Source: Patescibacteria group bacterium
GTDB taxonomy: Bacteria > Patescibacteriota > Patescibacteriia > JAQUQO01
Assembly (NCBI GenBank): GCA_028716045.1
Contig: JAQUQO010000001.1
Location: 320,942 to 384,941 of the forward strand
Direction of reading: 5' to 3'
Length of the DNA: 64,000 bases
Shown in pieces: positions 58,958-64,000 of the stretch. Below the pieces are notes generated by a model, which did not search any database, was not told where the DNA came from, and worked only from the letters and a program-made list of their open reading frames with translations. The translations under genes and the position numbers were made by a program. Each line of letters begins with the position of its first letter. Position 1 is the first letter of the stretch.

Positions 58958-60109
58958 CTACGCGATAATCCTCCAAAGTTCATAAATTATGGCTAAAACA
59001 AAAATTATAAATAAAAAATTTCCTATCGCTCCCCATCGGCCAATTGAAAATTCCGTCTCCCTATCCCCTGTTTTTTTGGACTTTTTATAAATTAAAATCG
59101 TCAAAATGCCCACCGCACTGCCACTTAAAGCTCCGACTAAGCTGATTACTCCAATAAAACTTCTCGGTCCGAAGATAAAAATAATCAAGGGAATGGCCAT
59201 AGTCAATAGCCAAGACAGAGCGTGATTTAGCTTATAATCTCGGATAAAGGTGGTTTTCAAATTCAAACCAATCACCAAAAAAGACGTAGCCACGGCCAAA
59301 AACCCAAAAATTGAACCAATCAAAGTTATCTCCGGCCCCAAAACTCCGCCCAATCCGCCCATAGCCTCTTCGGAAACGTGAGTTCCGGAAACTCCCAATA
59401 CTACAAAAGTAAAAATTAAATAGATAAAAGCCGGCAAAAGAGTTCCGACTATTAGTATCTTTTTTAACGTCTTTTTATTCTTCAACATCCCTGCTACCTC
59501 GGGGATTGCCGACATTCCCGACAAAGAAAACCAAATAACACCATAAGGCAAAAAGGTGTCGCGCCAGTTTATAAATCCTATATCCAAAAAATTCTCTAAT
59601 CTTACACAAGACAAACCTTTTAAAATAATAATGGCGGCCGTTAATAATAAAAGAATGGTCATTACCAATTCGCCTTCGGAAATGAGTTTTATCCCCCAAT
59701 AAATAAAAGCTCCGCCGATGATAAAAAAAATGAGGCTGTAAAAAACCGGACCACCGCCAAAAATCCCGCCGAAGATATTATTCAAAAATTCACCGGAAAC
59801 AATCAAATAGGCCAGCAATGCTCCGTAAAAATCAAATAAAACAAAAAAAGTGGACAATATCTTGCCACGGCCGCCAAAATATCTCTCCGCGTAGCCGACC
59901 ATCCGATGGTCGCCCTTGGTCCTCAAAATAATTTCTCCGAAAAACAAATGGACAAAAACCATGGCCACACTTAAAACAACTAAATAAATAAGGCCGGCCG
60001 CTAGGCCTGATTTTGAGACGGCATAAGGGATGCCAAACATTCCCACTCCGACAATCGTTCCCACTAAAACCGACAGCGCCAAAAAAAATTCCTTATTTTT
60101 ATTTAACAT
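58958..60109 (-). CDS. aromatic amino acid permease family transporter
   Basis: LVGTIVGVGMFGIPY, about 11 TM segments and LAVATSFL. Confidence 0.85.
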   Translation of the reverse strand: MLNKNKEFFLALSVLVGTIVGVGMFGIPYAVSKSGLAAGLIYLVVLSVAMVFVHLFFGEIILRTKGDHRMVGYAERYFGGRGKILSTFFVLFDFYGALLAYLIVSGEFLNNIFGGIFGGGPVFYSLIFFIIGGAFIYWGIKLISEGELVMTILLLLTAAIIILKGLSCVRLENFLDIGFINWRDTFLPYGVIWFSLSGMSAIPEVAGMLKNKKTLKKILIVGTLLPAFIYLIFTFVVLGVSGTHVSEEAMGGLGGVLGPEITLIGSIFGFLAVATSFLVIGLNLKTTFIRDYKLNHALSWLLTMAIPLIIFIFGPRSFIGVISLVGALSGSAVGILTILIYKKSKKTGDRETEFSIGRWGAIGNFLFIIFVLAIIYELWRIIA

Positions 60110-60237
60110 AAATTAGCTGATAGCTTATGGCTTACGGCAAATAGCGAATTAATAAATTATAACATTTCTGGAAAGATTTTTAAATAAAAAGAGAAGGCAC
60201 GAGTTTATGTCTTCTCTTAATAATTCGAACTGGCGAT

Positions 60238-61239
60238 TTAAGGCAAAAGGTTATTTTCTTTTAGAAAATCGGCATACAAAATAGCCGCCGCGTCATTGGG
60301 GTGCCAGGAGTCCCCCGGAATTTCCTGTACTTCAATCCCCGCATTAATAGCTTGCTCCGCTATGGGCGAAAGGTCAAAGTGGCGAATATTTAGTTTTTCA
60401 AGAATCTTTAGCGCGGCTTTTTGATTATCCTTTTCCTCATATGACCATGTTTGGTAGGGCTTGAGGATGGGTAGCACCAAAACCGTCAATTTTGCTCCAT
60501 CCTGCATCGTGAGATTTTTCAACTCTAATAAAGCCGCTTCAACCTCGCTTTCAATAACACTCCTGTCTTTCTCCTCATTCAAAAGCGATCCTAGATATAA
60601 TCGGTAGATAGAGCTATTTTGAAGGAGCCACGGGCTGACACCTTGAATGGATATTTGCGGTGTGTAGTAAATAACAAGCTGATTCTGGTTGTCAAAAAAA
60701 ACGGCTGCCGTTACTCTAAAATCGCTGTTATGAAAACCGAGGATTACGTGGTCTGGGGCGATTTTACGATTATATCGCTTATAAAAAGCGACCTCCTGAA
60801 CCGTGGCAAATGCCGACACACCGGCGTTCCAGTATTCAAACTCCTCACCGTAACAAAACCGCAACGCTCTAACAACCCGCCCGATTTCCGTAGTTGAATC
60901 CCCGATAAAAAGGAGGCGAACTACGCCGGGACGTTTTTCCATGGTATAGGAATTGCGTAAAGTCCCCGCTTCAGAATAACGTTTAACACCGAGGATTGGT
61001 CGGAAACCGAATTCAGGGTCTACTGTAAACTCTTTGGTTCTATCCTCTTTTTCTTTCCACACCCATGGTATCTCGGTTTCGGTGGAGAAAGAATGAAAGT
61101 GATAAACACCGGAAAAATAGATACGGGAATAAATCATATCGGCTACTATAATAGCGCAAACTAAACCGAATGCCAAAAGGGCCAAAAGGACTATTCTAAA
61201 CAAAAACAATTTTCGGGCGCTTATTTTTTGTTTTTCCAT
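60238..61239 (-). CDS. membrane-anchored SGNH/GDSL hydrolase-like protein
   Basis: N-terminal TM; FIGDSTT, NAGVSAF and DSWHPN. Confidence 0.8.
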   Translation of the reverse strand: MEKQKISARKLFLFRIVLLALLAFGLVCAIIVADMIYSRIYFSGVYHFHSFSTETEIPWVWKEKEDRTKEFTVDPEFGFRPILGVKRYSEAGTLRNSYTMEKRPGVVRLLFIGDSTTEIGRVVRALRFCYGEEFEYWNAGVSAFATVQEVAFYKRYNRKIAPDHVILGFHNSDFRVTAAVFFDNQNQLVIYYTPQISIQGVSPWLLQNSSIYRLYLGSLLNEEKDRSVIESEVEAALLELKNLTMQDGAKLTVLVLPILKPYQTWSYEEKDNQKAALKILEKLNIRHFDLSPIAEQAINAGIEVQEIPGDSWHPNDAAAILYADFLKENNLLP

Positions 61240-61360
61240 CTCTTGTCTCCTTCTTTATTATTAATTTTCAAGATACAAACAACTAACTAATATAGCATAT
61301 TCTAAAATAAAGTCAAGAAAAAAGAGAAGACATATTTTATGTCTCCTCTTTTAGAAATCA

Positions 61361-62710
61361 CTAAGGAGAGGGAAGAACAAAGCGAGCGAAAATGTCGTCA
61401 ACGTGTTTAACGGCATTTTTGAGATTAAAACAATCTTCAATCTCTTGCTCCGTCAAAAATTCTCTGACCCGTTCATTTTCTTTAGCAAGGTCGCGGAGAT
61501 GTTTGCCCTGTTCCGTCTTCTCTGGCTCAAAAGCCGCGAAAGCCAAGTCCTGAACGAGTTTATAGGCCTCTTGGCGGGGCATGCCCTTGTCTTCAAGGGC
61601 AGTGCGCAACCAACGGCTAAAAACGGCACCGTTAGTCAACTCAATATTTTTGAGCATCCGTTCGGGATAAACTAAGAGTTTTTCCATCACCCCGCAAAAC
61701 CGCTCCAGCTGAAAATGGGTAAGGAGAAAAATGTCCGGTATATTTACTCTTTCCACGATGGAATTAGAAAGGTCCCGTTCATGCCAGGTGGCTTGGGATT
61801 CCAGAAGAGCAAAAACATAACCTCGCACCATCCTTGCCGCGCCGGAAACATTCTCGTCCATAATCGGATTACGTTTATGCGGCATAGCCGAACTGCCCTT
61901 TTGTTCTCCCTTTTTGAAAAATTCCTGCACTTCGCAAGTTTCCGTACGCTGGAGATTACGGATTTCGATGGAGAATCTTTCCAACTCTCCCATCAAAATC
62001 GCGATTACGGAAAAATAATGGGAAAACATATCGCGCGGCAGAATCTGCGTTGAATGTAACGCCGGAGATAGACCAAGTTTTTGACAGGCCTTAAGTTCCA
62101 CTTCCGGCGGCAAAGAATACATACCCACCGCTCCGGAAATTTTACCCATAGATAGTTGTTTGAGGGCCTCGTTTAAATTATCTTGAATTCTCTCTAAACT
62201 ATCCCTCCAACCAAGCAACTTCCAACCGAAAGTGATTGGCTCCGCATGAACACCATGTGTGCGGCCGATTTGATAAGAATATTTGTGCTCTTCGGCTCTG
62301 GCTATTATAATATCTATCAACTTTCCTAAGGACTTGTCTATAAGGAAGTGTGCTTCGCAGATACGCAAGATATTAGCCGTATCCTGTAAGTCATAAGAAG
62401 TCAAATCCTGCGCATAAACCGCCGCTTCGGCCGAGGTCAGCTCGGCTCTCTTGATAAGATGGTCTAAAAAAGCATTAACATCGTGCCGCGTCACTTTTTC
62501 TATCTCGTCAATCTGCCGTGCATCTTCTTCGGTAAGCATTAAATGGATGAGTTTGAAAAAAGCTGATTGTATAGGGGGAGGGGTAGAAGAGATTATTACC
62601 GAATCCATTCTTGCCCCAAGCACGGAGCAAAGAACTTCAAGCATTTTTTGCCACTTATGTTCCTCCGACCAAATATCTACCATCTCTTTTTTTGCATACC
62701 TGTTTAACAT
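61361..62710 (-). CDS. purB: adenylosuccinate lyase
   Basis: TRHDVNAF, LTSYDLQDTA, GRTHGVHAEP, GSSAMPHKRNP and HERDLSNS. Confidence 0.93.
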   Translation of the reverse strand: MLNRYAKKEMVDIWSEEHKWQKMLEVLCSVLGARMDSVIISSTPPPIQSAFFKLIHLMLTEEDARQIDEIEKVTRHDVNAFLDHLIKRAELTSAEAAVYAQDLTSYDLQDTANILRICEAHFLIDKSLGKLIDIIIARAEEHKYSYQIGRTHGVHAEPITFGWKLLGWRDSLERIQDNLNEALKQLSMGKISGAVGMYSLPPEVELKACQKLGLSPALHSTQILPRDMFSHYFSVIAILMGELERFSIEIRNLQRTETCEVQEFFKKGEQKGSSAMPHKRNPIMDENVSGAARMVRGYVFALLESQATWHERDLSNSIVERVNIPDIFLLTHFQLERFCGVMEKLLVYPERMLKNIELTNGAVFSRWLRTALEDKGMPRQEAYKLVQDLAFAAFEPEKTEQGKHLRDLAKENERVREFLTEQEIEDCFNLKNAVKHVDDIFARFVLPSP

Positions 62711-62877
62711 CTTTCTTTTCCTTTCTTTATGTTTATTTCATTGTTAACGAACAAAACTAAATTAAACCAGCTTAACATTTGAGGTAATTTAAGTCAAGGT
62801 GAGCGTGGAAAAGCTGTGTATCCCCTCCTCTTGATTTATTTGATCCAAAATCGTAAGATAGAGAAACAATAAAAACT

Positions 62878-64000
62878 ATGGCTGATAATTTAGCAAAATT
62901 ACCACCCCAAAATTTAGAGGCCGAGCAATCCCTTCTAGGAGCGCTCCTGATAGACAGAGACGCGATTGTTAAAATTGCTGACATTGTCACGGCGGAAGAT
63001 TTTTATAAAGAATCCCATCGCCTTATTTTTGAAACTATCGCCGACTTATTCTCCCGCCACGAACCGATTGATATTTTAAGCGTCGGCAGCCGGCTGGAAG
63101 AAAGAGGCCAACTGGAACAAATCGGCGGCCGAAGCTATGTCGCGGACCTCACCAACGCCGTCCCGACCTCGTCCCACGTCGTCCACTATGCCAACATCGT
63201 CAAGAAGAAAGCTACTCTGCGACGCATGCTTAGCGCCGCCAGTGAAATCGTGGAATCGGTTTATGAAGAGAACGAAGAAGACGTGGAAAAACTTCTGGAC
63301 AAAGCGGAACAGAAACTTTTTAACGTTTCCCAAAAATATCTCAAACAAATTTTCATCCCGATAAAAAATGTCTTAATGGAGGCCTTTGAGCGCATTGATG
63401 AACTGCATAGAGACAAAGGCAAACTGCGCGGCATACCGACCGGCTTCAAAGAGCTGGATAATATTCTCGCCGGACTGCAAAAATCCGATTTAATCGTTCT
63501 GGCCGCCCGCCCGAGCGTGGGCAAAACCAGCTTGGCTTTGGATATCGCCCGCCAAGTGGCCGTGAAAGAAAAAATTCCCGTGGGAATTTTCAGCTTGGAA
63601 ATGTCCAAAGAACAATTAGTGGATAGAATGCTCTGCGCCGAAGCCGGTATTGATTTATGGAAAATGCGCACCGGCAACCTGTCCACCGGACCCGATGACC
63701 AGGATTTCCCCCGCATCAACCATGCCATGGGCGCCCTTTCCGAGGCCCCGATTTTCATTGACGATTCAGCCACGGCCAACATTATGGAAATCCGCACCAA
63801 GGCGCGCCGTCTGCAAGCCGAGCATGGTTTAGGTTTAATTGTCGTGGATTATTTACAATTAATGGAATCGCGCAGCCGGATTGAAAACCGCGTGCAGGAA
63901 GTGGCGGAAATCACTCGTTCCCTCAAAGCCATCGCCCGCGAACTCAATATCCCGGTGCTCGCCCTTTCCCAGCTTTCCCGCGCCGTGGAAATGTCCCGGC
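62878..64000 (+). CDS. dnaB: replicative DNA helicase (partial, runs off the window)
   Basis: Manual translation gives MADNLAKLPPQNLEAEQSLLG...GIPTGF...LAARPSVGKT...FSLEMS...VDYLQL...ALSQLSR. Confidence 0.97.
   Translation, partial: MADNLAKLPPQNLEAEQSLLGALLIDRDAIVKIADIVTAEDFYKESHRLIFETIADLFSRHEPIDILSVGSRLEERGQLEQIGGRSYVADLTNAVPTSSHVVHYANIVKKKATLRRMLSAASEIVESVYEENEEDVEKLLDKAEQKLFNVSQKYLKQIFIPIKNVLMEAFERIDELHRDKGKLRGIPTGFKELDNILAGLQKSDLIVLAARPSVGKTSLALDIARQVAVKEKIPVGIFSLEMSKEQLVDRMLCAEAGIDLWKMRTGNLSTGPDDQDFPRINHAMGALSEAPIFIDDSATANIMEIRTKARRLQAEHGLGLIVVDYLQLMESRSRIENRVQEVAEITRSLKAIARELNIPVLALSQLSRAVEMSR

Overview
A 64-kb chromosomal segment from an AT-rich bacterium using genetic code 11. The gene content points to Patescibacteria/CPR, probably a Parcubacteria/ABY1-like lineage (inference). 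Core genes are priA-def-fmt, a surface polysaccharide cluster, queA, the infA-rpmJ-rpsM-rpsK-rpsD-rpoA-rplQ-rplM-rpsI operon, alaS, mnmA, a VirD4-like ATPase pair, secF/secD/secA, tdk, murB/murC, elp3, glyA-folD, a 3555-aa beta-propeller surface protein, purB and the 5' part of dnaB. No rRNA, tRNA, CRISPR array, integrase or transposase was seen. Main observations: (1) a co-oriented array of single accessory genes downstream of secA, where most junctions carry a progressively decayed copy of the secA 3' end (SEC-C tail), suggesting integron-like serial capture; folD has a similar displaced tail; (2) a head-to-head Elp3 + Trm9-like methyltransferase pair, suggesting eukaryote/archaea-type wobble-uridine modification; (3) orphan genes with their own promoter, a boxA-like motif and a strong Shine-Dalgarno (SD), whereas the core genes checked lack SD; (4) palindromic elements flanking a GIY-YIG nuclease and inserted in frame in elp3; (5) several promoter-to-terminator structured RNAs and a twin-hairpin leader; (6) an RpoA lacking the alpha-CTD and a SecD with an inserted parvulin domain. 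All family assignments come from reading motifs by eye; no database searches or folding programs were run.
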